DNA of 63,261 nt, the filler included, from Trichomonas gallinae (lineage: Eukaryota), in the NCBI GenBank assembly GCA_008369845.1. It is 5 parts of 5 records of this genome, joined end to end, with 100 filler letters (N's around TTAATTAATTAA, not from the genome) between each part and the next. Parts side by side here need not be neighbours in the genome. Positions count along the whole stretch, not along the records: positions 1 to 4,080 come from MRSU01001326.1; positions 4,181 to 14,981 come from MRSU01001327.1; 3 more parts are not named here. One strand, given 5' to 3'. Below are positions 1 through 10,976 of the stretch, piece after piece (the first letter of the stretch is position 1; every line of letters starts with the position of its first letter). The notes beneath the pieces are model-generated. The model did no database searches, was not told the DNA's origin, and saw only the letters and a list, made by a program, of their open reading frames with translations. The translations under genes and the position numbers were made by a program.

Positions 1-29
<29 letters not shown>

Positions 30-33
<4 letters not shown>

Positions 34-245
34 AAGATAGCATTACAGCTTTGATTAGAGCTTCATTTTCTCGTAATCATAAAATTACTAAACTTCTTCT
101 CTCAATTCCTGGAATAGATGTGACCGCAAAAGACCAATGGAATACAACTGCTTTGATCTATGCTTCACGCAATGGTCATCTTGAAGTTGTCAAACTACTC
201 CACGCATTTCCTGGAATTGATGACAAAACAAACGATATTTCGTGA
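30..245 (+). CDS. Ankyrin-repeat protein, 3' fragment (5' end lost in poly-A/window edge; may be a pseudogene)
   Basis: Frame reads NKDSITALIRAS...KLLLSIPGIDVTAKDQWNTTALIYASRNGHLEVVKLL, i.e. two ankyrin repeats; preceded by an A homopolymer at 1-31. Confidence 0.8.
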
Positions 246-460
246 ATCTTTTTTTCTTATATTTATAACAAGATAAATAAAATAGATTGTAAATATATAT
301 ATATATATATTCATATCACACTTATATGTATAATGATATGGAAAAACATATACAATTAAATAACCGAACTAATTCGATTATTTAATTTTAAAAATAATTT
401 ATTTTTTACTGACTTAGATTGTATCAAGCATTATTAATGACGCTGTTTATAACATTTAAT

Positions 461-1348
461 TTACTTTGGAAGGATTGGTGCAAGAAGTGGATGATCACGA
501 TGAGCATAAGAGCCTTGTGTGCCAACACCTGTGACAGAGATAGCAGCAGCGATGCAAGCTACACGTGCAGCTTCCTCGTATGTGCATCCCTTTGCGATGC
601 AATATGTGAATGCGCCTAAGAATGAGTCGCCGGCACCTGTTGTATCAACAACATCGACTTTAATGGATGGAACATGGATTGGTTCTTTGCCATTCTCGAA
701 AATCATGGCTCCCTTTGCTCCCTGTGTCTGAATAACGCATTCAACACCGATATTGAATAAATCTTGAACGGAACCGAACGATGCAAGCTCGACTTCGTTA
801 ACAATGACAACAGAAGCATCCTTGAATAAGTTGATATCACGCTTTTCTGGAACAGGAGAAACATTTAAAATTGTCTTAGCGCCACCGCCACGGCTGATCT
901 TGAGGACCTCCAAGGCAGTTTCAATTGGGATTTCGAAGTTCGTGACGACGATTTTGCTGCTTGCAAGCTTCTCCTTCATGGAGTGAACCATATCAAGAGT
1001 CACAGGGCATGTGTGAATAACGATAGCTGACTCACCACCATCAAGTACAAAGCAAAGAGCGATGCCTGATGGGGCGTCTTTTGTAACATGCACATATTGT
1101 TTTGATACTCCAATTTCATCGAAGTGATTTAATATAACTTTGCCATCAGCATCGTCACCGACAGCTGTAAGGAGGTTTGGTTTTAGCGAATCATCGGATA
1201 AAAATGCGAATTGAGCACATGCATTTGGAGCTTTGCCGCCAAATCCTTTATCTAACCTGATTCCGTGGATTGTTTCGCCGAGATTTGGAAGCGCGTGGCA
1301 TCTTGAATAGAGATCGATGCTGCAAATGCCGACAAATGTTGTCTCCAT
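461..1348 (-). CDS. Ribokinase (PfkB family carbohydrate kinase)
   Basis: GFGGKAPN, AVGDDADG, NEVE and VDTTGAGDSF PfkB signatures; 295 aa; Inr TCACTT 10-15 nt upstream. Confidence 0.92.
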   Translation of the reverse strand: METTFVGICSIDLYSRCHALPNLGETIHGIRLDKGFGGKAPNACAQFAFLSDDSLKPNLLTAVGDDADGKVILNHFDEIGVSKQYVHVTKDAPSGIALCFVLDGGESAIVIHTCPVTLDMVHSMKEKLASSKIVVTNFEIPIETALEVLKISRGGGAKTILNVSPVPEKRDINLFKDASVVIVNEVELASFGSVQDLFNIGVECVIQTQGAKGAMIFENGKEPIHVPSIKVDVVDTTGAGDSFLGAFTYCIAKGCTYEEAARVACIAAAISVTGVGTQGSYAHRDHPLLAPILPK

Positions 1349-1357
1349 ATATAGGAA

Positions 1358-1363
1358 AAGTGA
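1358..1363 (-). promoter_or_regulatory. Trichomonad initiator (Inr) TCACTT of ribokinase gene
   Basis: Minus strand reads CCTCACTTTTCCTATATATG; matches the TCA(C/T)T(T/A) Inr at the typical short distance from ATG. Confidence 0.7.
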
Positions 1364-2891
1364 GGTTTGCTCTCAAAAAATGACAGGAAATTTGACATTG
1401 TTATTACTTTTCATTTTTTTTTTAAAAAAAAACAGCATTTTTACACTTTAGAATAGCTATTTTTCACATAGCTCCATTTTTGTCATCGATTTTCGAACTT
1501 TACGGGTTATTTGACATATTTTTGATTTCAAATTTATAATATTTACTATATACATAATTCAATTATCAAATAAAAAATGATTTTTGGTGTAAGGAAATGT
1601 TTTTCGTTTTGCATTTAAAAATCACATATAAAAATACATTTAATAATTAAATTTCAATTTAAAAAGGCTCAAAATTAATTATTTGATGATTTTTGGTTTT
1701 ATATAAAAGTGACAATGGCAGAAAATTGTGAAAATTCATTTTAAAAGTGCCAGGATCGAAAAGCGACGGATTTTTTTAATGATTTGATAAATATTTTTCA
1801 CAGATACCATTGTATCTTGAAAGTTTAAATACTAGTTATCAGCTAATAAACGTGCGCATGTAATAATGAGCGATCAAGAAATCATTTTTGGTCATATGCG
1901 CGAGTGACGAATATACCTGATGCGGTAATAGTAGTATGTAAATAGAATAGATCATTATAGATATCATTTGCATAATAAAACACGAATATAAAAAGGAAAA
2001 AAAAAAAGTTGAACAATTAACAGTCGGAAAAAAGTCGTATGATTTGAGATATGTAGTCAACATGTCAATATAAATGCGAACGTAGTATAAAAATTTTAAT
2101 TGAATACCAAAGAGAAATATAAAATATTTTATTCGCTTTGTTATTATGATGCTAATATTTACTAAAATTTCAAATTATATTTTTCTTATTTCCGTTTGTC
2201 CGTTAAAGATTTTAACTCGGCGATTCTTATATCAAAGCACTCTTCTATTTGTATGCAAACTATCAAGAATGAAAATTGATCGCAAGCCTACAATCAATTT
2301 TCAACAAATTATTTGTCACCTTTTCCTATGAAAATAGAAAATTTTACAATGTACTAAATTAACGTGAAAATATTATTGCACTATACATCAGCATCCCGAA
2401 CTACAAGAATCGCATAATTTCAAAACTTCAGTGAATATTCATTGAATTTTATCTTAAAACTTGAGATTTGTTATCTATTACGGTAAAGGATTTCATATAA
2501 AAAGGTTTTTCTTATGTTATTTTTGTTTACAATGTTCCATTGATTTGTAATTTTTAATGATTGCATTATGCATAGTTCTTGTTTCTCACCAAGAATGATT
2601 CCAGTTTCCTTTCTGAAAGCAAGATTTTGAGCTTTCAAATGATATGCAAATATTATTCTGCTAATTTGTACGATACATACTGTAGATTCAGAAGACTTCA
2701 AATCTTTTGTAAATATAACAAATAATACAAAGTTTTGAAAACTCATTTAAATCTTTTCTGTGGATCAAAAAACTGACAATCGACATTATTATACTATCTT
2801 ATTATTTTTAACAATATTTAACGATTATTTCAGATTTGTCACTTTTTATCTCAGATTTTTTTCTTCGAATTTTTTCTATCTTCCCAATCAT

Positions 2892-3824
2892 ATGCGTCCA
2901 AATATTCCTGGCTACTCAATTGGGAAGTCGCTTGGTAGGGGTGCATTCGCTTCAGTATGGCTAGCCGTTGATCAAAAAACCGGACACAGATATGCATGTA
3001 AAAGTATCAACAAGGAACACTCTAACTCTAATGACTTTAAAACAATCAAGCAAGAATTAGAAGCCCTGAAGTCGCTTAATCATCCAAATGTTATATCATA
3101 TGCCGGACTATATGAAACTTCAACTTCTATTAACATACTCATGGAACTTTGCGAGCAAGGTACTCTTGAAGATCTCATCGTTAAGCGTCAGTTTTTACAG
3201 GAATCATATGCACAAATCTTGTTCAAACAGATCATTGAAGCTTTAATGTACTGTCATGAAAAAGGATTCGCGCATCGTGACCTTAAACCCTCTAATATAT
3301 TGATAGCTAACCAACACTCAGTTAGAGTGTCCGATTTCGGCGTCTCTGGCACATTTTCAGAAGATGGGTTAATGAGTACAATCTGCGGGACAATATATTA
3401 TTCGGCACCCGAATGCCTGTCAGGTCAGTATAATGGAATGCAGGCTGACATGTGGAGCTGCGGTGTCGTTTTATATGTAATGTTAACAGGCAAGCTTCCA
3501 TGGAAATCCAAGATGCCCGGAGATTTCAGAATAGAAATGGAAAAAGGTGTCAATGAAATCGCTGGTGTTTCAGATGAATGCAATGAATTGATTAAGAATT
3601 TATTAAATGTTGATCCAGAACAAAGACCAACAGCTAAAGAGGTTTTAGTAGGACCATGGATATCAAAGTTGCCAGAAAAACCCAATCTAAGAGGATATTC
3701 TTATGCTATCAAACCTAAAACAACAAACTCTATATTGAGACATGTTGTTGATACGAGCAAAGTATCAAGAAATGAACTCAATCATAGCAAGAATAAGTTA
3801 GCAATGAGTTTTGAACTTTTATAA
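2892..3824 (+). CDS. CAMK-group Ser/Thr protein kinase
   Basis: GRGAFA, YACK, HRDLKPSN, DFG, CGT..YSAPE and DMWSCG all intact; first plausible ATG at 2892 (the GTG-started extension in the ORF track is AT-rich and UTR-like). Confidence 0.93.
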   Translation: MRPNIPGYSIGKSLGRGAFASVWLAVDQKTGHRYACKSINKEHSNSNDFKTIKQELEALKSLNHPNVISYAGLYETSTSINILMELCEQGTLEDLIVKRQFLQESYAQILFKQIIEALMYCHEKGFAHRDLKPSNILIANQHSVRVSDFGVSGTFSEDGLMSTICGTIYYSAPECLSGQYNGMQADMWSCGVVLYVMLTGKLPWKSKMPGDFRIEMEKGVNEIAGVSDECNELIKNLLNVDPEQRPTAKEVLVGPWISKLPEKPNLRGYSYAIKPKTTNSILRHVVDTSKVSRNELNHSKNKLAMSFELL

Positions 3825-4080
3825 ATTGTTTGTAAATTTTTGTAGTATTGTTTGTTAATCTCACTATTTACCTAGCAGACAATCATGTGTATATAAGCTT
3901 TCAATAATCCGTTGTCAATAATTTTGAGGTTTTCAATCTCGAGATTTGAATATTTTAAGGAAATACCATCAAGGCTCGTGCCATGGCGGATTTATTCGAT
4001 TTTTGCCGAGTTTTCATCAATTTTATGGCAAATACTGGTATAAGATGAATCATATTTGGCACTTATTGATTTAAACTTAA

Positions 4081-4180
4081 NNNNNNNNNNNNNNNNNNNN
4101 NNNNNNNNNNNNNNNNNNNNNNNNTTAATTAATTAANNNNNNNNNNNNNNNNNNNNNNNNNNNNNNNNNNNNNNNNNNNN
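4081..4180. other. Artificial contig-joining spacer
   Basis: 44 N + TTAATTAATTAA (stops in all six frames) + 44 N. Confidence 0.97.
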
Positions 4181-4364
4181 ATTTACATACATATCAGTAG
4201 TATAATCTATATTATAAATTTCGTCCAAATCGCTAGAGAAATGAGAGTCGGAAGACCTTTTTAAAATCGAAGATTGAATATAAAACATTTGTGTATATTA
4301 TGATTAGGCTCTTAAGTTGCATTAATTATATTTCTTAAGTTATATATGATTTAAAAGAAAGAAT

Positions 4365-5978
4365 TTATAAATTTGAACCATTGTTATTTGGTTTGCGGAA
4401 GACAAATAGCCAGACAAGGACTGCAATAATGACAATACCAGCTATAACACCAATGACTATGCCTGCAATTGCGCCACCACTGAGCTTTTTGTCTGGATCA
4501 TCATCAGGTTTATCATCATCATCTGTAGGATCCTCATAAGGTTCGATTGTTTTCATCTTTTCTTCGTAATTCTTGTTGAGTTCGTCAGCTGTGTAAGCCT
4601 TAAAGCCAGATTTAGCTCTAAGAACACCAGTGATTTGAGGGATAAGAATATCAGATGCTGCCTTCTTTGCAGGATCGCTAATTTTAACCTTGATAGGTTC
4701 TGAGAATTTGAAGGAGAATTCGAAAGCATTTCCTGTCTTCGTCCAATCAGGGTAAACCAAATCACTTTGTGTATTCAACGAGCTGTCTTTTGTGCTTATG
4801 TTCTGTGCATATACAATTTGGTAATCGAACTTGCGAGGAACAAAAGATACCTTTTTCTCTTCAGGACTCCAGAAATATACTTTGTTGTCGCTCAAAACAC
4901 TTACTGACTCATTTCCTGCGTAGAACTCTGTTGCGTTGCTATTGATCAAGAGTGATCCACCTTCTGTTGCTTGGAATCCAAGCATTTGAATCTTGCAATC
5001 TTCTGTATTTTCTGAATCACATTTGATTCTGAACGTATTGAAGGTATTTCTTGGAACTACAACTGGGTTCTTGAAGACTATTGGTGTTGTCTTGAAAGCA
5101 ATCTTGTAAATGGCATTGTCATATTGATAGATTTCACTTTTCATGTTATCGTTAAGTTCAGCTGTGTATTTTTGCTCTGAGCCGATAATAAATCCGTTGA
5201 GACCGCAGAGGTATTTTCCTTTTTCAAGTGTAAACTCTCTGAAAGCCATTGTAGGCAATGCTCCTGGAATTGATATGTCGCATTGTTCGTATACTTCTTC
5301 GTAAACGTTCTTGTATGTTAAGTCATAGTCAGGGAAGTATTCATGGGTCATATCTAACAAGATAACTCCATCCTTATTTGGATAAAGTAATGGGCCATGA
5401 TATTGTTTAGGTTCTGTACGACCATAAGGCCTTGTCTTAAATGTAACTACTGCATTGCTTCCTGTTGTTGCATAAACTGTTAATTTTATGTAAAAATAAT
5501 AATCTTGTTCGATTTTGTTGTGAATTGTATCCTGAGATGTAATAGTTTTCTCTGTCGCTTCTTCCTTATTATTCTCCAACTTAATTTTGGCGTCACCAGT
5601 GGAGGTTACTGTATATTCATTTGTAGATTCTGTAATTAAGATTTGGAAAGGATTGTTACCTGTAACATCTGATACAATAACTGTAAATGGTTTGGAAATA
5701 TCAGAAATAACTGTTTTACCCTCAGAATATTCAAAAGGGATAATCCAGAATTCGCATTTTTCGGACTCGCATGAGATTGTTGATGTTTCCTTTGTCCTTA
5801 CAAGCGTCTTCATTATGATAGAACTACCAGATACTTTAATTTTATATGATTGATCATCTGGAATAATGAAGAATGGCTGTGTTGTCTCCAGTGTATTCGC
5901 GGGGTCATTGATAGTATAGTGTCCTGCCAGAATCTGGACATCAGTTGCCAAAGCATTAAGTGCGAACAGCGACAACAT
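4365..5978 (-). CDS. Lineage-specific type I membrane (surface) protein
   Basis: Short hydrophobic N-terminus MLSLFALNALA, beta-rich ectodomain, acidic Asp/Pro linker, C-terminal TM KKLSGGAIAGIVIGVIAGIVIIAVLVWLFVFRK and a short tail. Confidence 0.85.
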   Translation of the reverse strand: MLSLFALNALATDVQILAGHYTINDPANTLETTQPFFIIPDDQSYKIKVSGSSIIMKTLVRTKETSTISCESEKCEFWIIPFEYSEGKTVISDISKPFTVIVSDVTGNNPFQILITESTNEYTVTSTGDAKIKLENNKEEATEKTITSQDTIHNKIEQDYYFYIKLTVYATTGSNAVVTFKTRPYGRTEPKQYHGPLLYPNKDGVILLDMTHEYFPDYDLTYKNVYEEVYEQCDISIPGALPTMAFREFTLEKGKYLCGLNGFIIGSEQKYTAELNDNMKSEIYQYDNAIYKIAFKTTPIVFKNPVVVPRNTFNTFRIKCDSENTEDCKIQMLGFQATEGGSLLINSNATEFYAGNESVSVLSDNKVYFWSPEEKKVSFVPRKFDYQIVYAQNISTKDSSLNTQSDLVYPDWTKTGNAFEFSFKFSEPIKVKISDPAKKAASDILIPQITGVLRAKSGFKAYTADELNKNYEEKMKTIEPYEDPTDDDDKPDDDPDKKLSGGAIAGIVIGVIAGIVIIAVLVWLFVFRKPNNNGSNL

Positions 5979-7733
5979 TGTAAAAATGATTTTATATTAC
6001 ATCAAAATTCTACCGAAATTCAAAAAGAAATAGGTGCAATTTAATTATGCATTAATATTTTGTTTTTTAAAAATTTGTTTTCGCTCATAAAAAATTTTCA
6101 ATGAAACTAAAATTTATTTCACATATCATAAATAAATGATTTTTACCAAAAAAATTGTTTACATTTTCAAAAAAATTCAATAAAACTTAAAATTAGATGA
6201 TATATGTAATATAATTCACATTTTTAATCAAAAAATTTTATCATAAAAATTTTGTTTTTGTTCATTTATCGTTAGTAAATCATATTTTGTTAGAATAAAA
6301 ATTTGGTTTGTCCATAAAAATTTTCAATGAAACTGAAAACGTGCTTTGTTAACAAATAACGGGATAATGCGATAATCCGCTAAATAGAAACTATTTGTGA
6401 GTTTTCAATGCGATGTTTCCCATTTTGTTTTTCCGCAGGCATGGTTTGTCAATTATTTGGGTTTTTTTAACCCTAAAATGTTATCGGAATTGAAGTTTGT
6501 TATATTTCGGAATAATGCTTGCAACGTGTTGATGTGCAATGATGATTACGATGAATTATAATGGTCGAACAATAGTTCACAAAAGTCTCTCAAAAAAAAT
6601 TGATAAAATTCACAAAAAATCTTTCAAAAAGTTGAAAAGGATGCGGCCATTCTCAGAAATTTGGAGTATTGCATGCATGGGATGAATTGAACAATATATT
6701 AAGGATCTCCAGTGATTTATGGGTTTAACAAATACTAACGATTTCTCTGAAAGTTTAACGTGCTTTTTATTAACCAGAATTTCAAATTTAGAAACATAAT
6801 ATTACATGAAACAATATAATATGTTTCGTAATATTGAAAAAGTAATCAGAATCAAATGTCTTTATCCACATTTCAGCAAATTTCAAAAATAATTTATAAT
6901 AATTAAAATAAATATAAAATTAACACATGATGATATCTTCCATTTTGACAAATTGGAAATTGATTCTGATATCAAAAGTTTCATTATTCATATAAGAGAC
7001 AAAATATAATATTTCTACAACGAAATATATAAAGCATTGCTTATACATCTTTGTGGTTGAATTCCAAGAAGAATGCTACTTGAATATAAGATTCCTTCTA
7101 TGATCAATATTTGAAAACAGCTTCAATGAGTTTATTGGATAAAACGTTTGGAATATTTACTATCAAAGATATGTAGAATAATTGGCATTCATTTACGGTC
7201 ATATTTTTGACCAATTTGATCATTTTTGCAAATTTCGATGAATTAGTCATAACTACATTGAAACAAGCAGCAGTTTGGCTATGATAAAGAATCTGTATTC
7301 ATTATCATGTATTCATATTATTTCGATATAATATTACATGAATAAATCATAATTACGATTGTGTGTATTTGCATTAATAATATGAATATCATATACAATA
7401 ATTCTGAGATATTTGTATCTCATGAAACCTATTTTTCATTGTCGATTCAAAGATTTCCATTTATCGAAAAGTGAAATACAACAACATCAAGTACAGAATG
7501 TACAGATCGACTTTATATGATATAAAATACCATTGTGAATTAATGATTTTATATTAATATAAAAATATCGATTTCGTTAGTAACATCTGAGCTTTACAAC
7601 AATAATATATGTATCTATAGGACATTGTATGATATTTGGTCGTTGATATATTAATGTAATACATAATTATGGAAAGATTTGTAAATAAATTAACAGAATA
7701 CTAAACATTTAATCTGAAATGTAAACAGTATTA

Positions 7734-8507
7734 TTACATATTAGTAAAATCATTCCATCTCTTCAGGGTTTGCTGTATTTCTTGATCCATATCAATAAAA
7801 TCGTTAACAGTAAACTCTTTTGGTCCTGGAAGTGGTAATGATGCTGTACGCATGGTTGGTTGAGATGCTGTAGCCGCTAAATTTTGAGCTGCTGCCTGAG
7901 AAATACTTGAAGATAAAGTTTTTCCGCCTAATTTAACATCTACGCGTTGTTCCGGTGGCCTCATACTTGTAATAGGGTATTTTTCATAGAACCAAGACAA
8001 ATCAATGCGCATCGATTTTTCATAATTCTGAGAAAAGATGTGGATTTCTTCCAAAGTGTAGTTTTCGGGACGTTTTAGCTTTGATAATTCTTTGGGAACT
8101 AATGATGAGTGCGCAAGGTTTTCAACTGTCTGAGCTTTGTATAATGGAACAAAAAATTGATTTACGAACTTTGTGACTGCATCAAATAGACCAAGACGTG
8201 CAGCATAACACATTGCAGCAATGTCCATGGCAACATTTGAAGGAACTTCTTTCGATGAAAAAATATTATTGAGATTTGCTTGAACATTTTTAACACATGT
8301 CATTAAATAATCGATTGCTGTTTCTTTGTCATACGAAGAGCATATCATTGTGAGATTTTCGAAAGCTTGTTCAAATTTTTTGATTGAAATATTGGATTTT
8401 AAGGTATTTGATGAGTGTTGTAAGATCGTTGCGGTTTTCTTATATTCAGTGCTTAAATAGGCGTTCAAAATGGGGATCTGAGCTTTAGCATCATCGAGTT
8501 TCCCCAT
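7734..8507 (-). CDS. IST1-like ESCRT-III-associated protein
   Basis: Helical N-domain with IST1-like pattern (KK..ILQ...KFEQAF...AIDYL...IFSSKEVP...AMCYAARL), Pro/Ala/Ser linker and MIM1-like C-terminal helix (DFIDMDQEIQQTLKRWNDF); start moved to MGKLDD. Confidence 0.6.
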   Translation of the reverse strand: MGKLDDAKAQIPILNAYLSTEYKKTATILQHSSNTLKSNISIKKFEQAFENLTMICSSYDKETAIDYLMTCVKNVQANLNNIFSSKEVPSNVAMDIAAMCYAARLGLFDAVTKFVNQFFVPLYKAQTVENLAHSSLVPKELSKLKRPENYTLEEIHIFSQNYEKSMRIDLSWFYEKYPITSMRPPEQRVDVKLGGKTLSSSISQAAAQNLAATASQPTMRTASLPLPGPKEFTVNDFIDMDQEIQQTLKRWNDFTNM

Positions 8508-9687
8508 TCGTGAAATATGCCAAAGAATGAAAACAAGAAAAAGATTTAGACTTTTCATATCATTTTAGGAAAAATCATAAAAACTTAGGTTTATGGCGAA
8601 AACAAAATCAGTTAAAGTTTACAATATTATAAAAGGCATCCATAGATGATATCAAATTTATGTTTTTGCGTTAATTTTGATTTTTTATGGAAAAATAATG
8701 ATTTTTAGGTAGATATCTTTTTACTCAAATATATAGTAACGTGTAGATAGATGATATGTTAGTGAAAATGGCCTTTTATTAAGAGTTTTTTTTTTAAATA
8801 TTTAAATTTCGTAATATCGTAAAATCTTTGAAACTAATGCATTATCTCGATGATAAATAAGACATGTTTGGGTTCGCAGCTTCTTACAGTTCGATTATTT
8901 CCTTGACACAACGAATATATAAAAAATCCTAACGTAACTATAGCTGTGATAGTGATGAATCATATGGCCAAATGAGAAGATTAAGTTTATTCACCGCAGG
9001 CGTGAGACGATAATATGAAATGAGAGAACCAACATAATTTGATCTTAATATGCATCCTTGGTTGACCAGAATCATACAGCAAAAACAGTTTCCAACTCTT
9101 TCGCTGAAAAATCCAATAAGAGATTTGGCAACAATTGCGTCACTTTATATTATTGAAATGTAACGCACCGAAGCCCGAATACGCCTCGATTATGGCCAGC
9201 AGATGCATATACCTAATCAAAATCATGTATATTTAAACATCTTCGAGTCATGATTGTAGATAATAAGGAATAATTAGCCGCCAACTTTACATAACATTGC
9301 TGTAATGTTTCTTCAATGCAGAATCCAGTCAACTTTATCCAGAAAATACAAAGAGGAATCAAGGAAACAGTGATCGGAAAAATGACATCAATATTATCCA
9401 ATAATTATAAGGATAAATCAATTTATCCTAATTTTCAGTTCAAATTTTTGTACGATGAAAAAGTGAACAACCGCTAGGATAAATCTCACTTCATTTATGG
9501 TTATTATAAAGAGATTAATTGGAATATCATAAATAGCCGACATGAAGTGAAGTGAAGTCAATGATTTAAATAAATTGAGAAGTACCCCTGTTTTAGAATG
9601 ATTAGGAGAGCAAAATTTTCAATATCATAAAAACAAAAACTATGAAAATTTTATCGTTTTTATCGGTTTTGACACTTTAAATTTATC

Positions 9688-10704
9688 ATGGCTGAGAACA
9701 TTGATTGGAAGACACTTGGCTTCGGCTACGTTCAGACAGAGTACCGCTACATCGCCCACTGGAAGGATGGCAAGTGGGATGAGGGCCAGCTCTCGACAAA
9801 CCCAATGCTCACAATTCATGAAGGCTCAACATGCCTCCACTACGGTCAGGAGTGCTTCGAAGGCCTCAAGGCTTACCGCTGCAAGGATGGTTCAATCAAC
9901 CTCTTCCGCCCAGACCAGAACGCCAAGCGTTTGCAGAGATCCTGCACACGCCTCATGATGCCACACGTCCCGGTCGAGATGTTCATCGACGCTTGCAAGA
10001 AGGTCGTCAAGGCTAACGAGAAGTGGCTCGCTCCATACGGCACAGGCGCTTCCCTCTACCTTCGCCCATACATGATCGGCATCGGCCCTAACCTCGGTGT
10101 CAAGCCAGCCCCAGAGTACATCTTCTCCGTCTTCTGCTCACCAGTCGGCGCTTACTTCAAGGGTGGCCTTAGACCAACAAACTTCATCGTCACATCTTAT
10201 GACCGTGCTGCTCCACAGGGCACAGGCGCTGCTAAGGTAGGTGGCAACTATGCTGCTTCCCTCCTCCCAGGCTTTGACGCCCACGAGAAGAAGTTCGGCG
10301 ACTGCATCTACCTCGACCCAGCTACACACACAAAGATCGAGGAAGTCGGCTCTGCTAACTTCTTCGGCATCTCCAAGAACAACGAGTTCATCACACCACT
10401 CTCACCATCCATTCTCCCATCAATCACAAAGTACTCCCTCCTTTGGCTCGCTGAGAACCGCCTCGGCATGAAGGCTATCGAGGGCGACATCCACATCAAC
10501 GACCTCGACAAGTTCCAGGAGGCTGGCGCTTGCGGCACAGCTGCCGTCATTTCCCCAATCGGTGGAATCCAGATTGGCGACAAGTTCCACGTCTTCTTCT
10601 CTGAGACAGAGGTCGGCCCAATCACAAAGAAGCTCTACAACGAGCTCGTTGGCATCCAGTATGGTGATGTTGAAGCTCCAGAGGGCTGGATCGTCAAGGT
10701 TTAA
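9688..10704 (+). CDS. ilvE: Branched-chain amino acid aminotransferase (class IV PLP), bacterial type
   Basis: [40 protein letters not shown] (catalytic Lys), [27 protein letters not shown]. Confidence 0.96.
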   Translation: MAENIDWKTLGFGYVQTEYRYIAHWKDGKWDEGQLSTNPMLTIHEGSTCLHYGQECFEGLKAYRCKDGSINLFRPDQNAKRLQRSCTRLMMPHVPVEMFIDACKKVVKANEKWLAPYGTGASLYLRPYMIGIGPNLGVKPAPEYIFSVFCSPVGAYFKGGLRPTNFIVTSYDRAAPQGTGAAKVGGNYAASLLPGFDAHEKKFGDCIYLDPATHTKIEEVGSANFFGISKNNEFITPLSPSILPSITKYSLLWLAENRLGMKAIEGDIHINDLDKFQEAGACGTAAVISPIGGIQIGDKFHVFFSETEVGPITKKLYNELVGIQYGDVEAPEGWIVKV

Positions 10705-10976
10705 GCTTGAAGGATCTTTTTAAGAAGCAAAGCTAGTTTTAAACGTTTTAAATATAATCCATTCTTTTTTTCAAATATTCAAATTTCGTTATCCTCCAAA
10801 TTCATTTGCATCCTTTTATAAATCAAATTTATTTCACCAATCATAGCGTTTATTATAAGTTTTATTTATTAATTAGAAAAATAATTTAATTTTGTGAATT
10901 TTGGCGAAAACAAAGAAAACAAATGAAATATTCATAAAGATAAGATCATAGCTAATGTAAAAATCATTATTTATTG

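Noticed and set aside
1..31. Poly-A tract as retroposition tail or poly-Lys coding
   Set aside because: At the window edge; context is missing and homopolymer length is unreliable
8820..9150. Possible decayed kinase C-lobe (K.DMFG, FP*, HPWL fragments)
   Set aside because: Fragments lie in different frames and are too short to support without a TBLASTN
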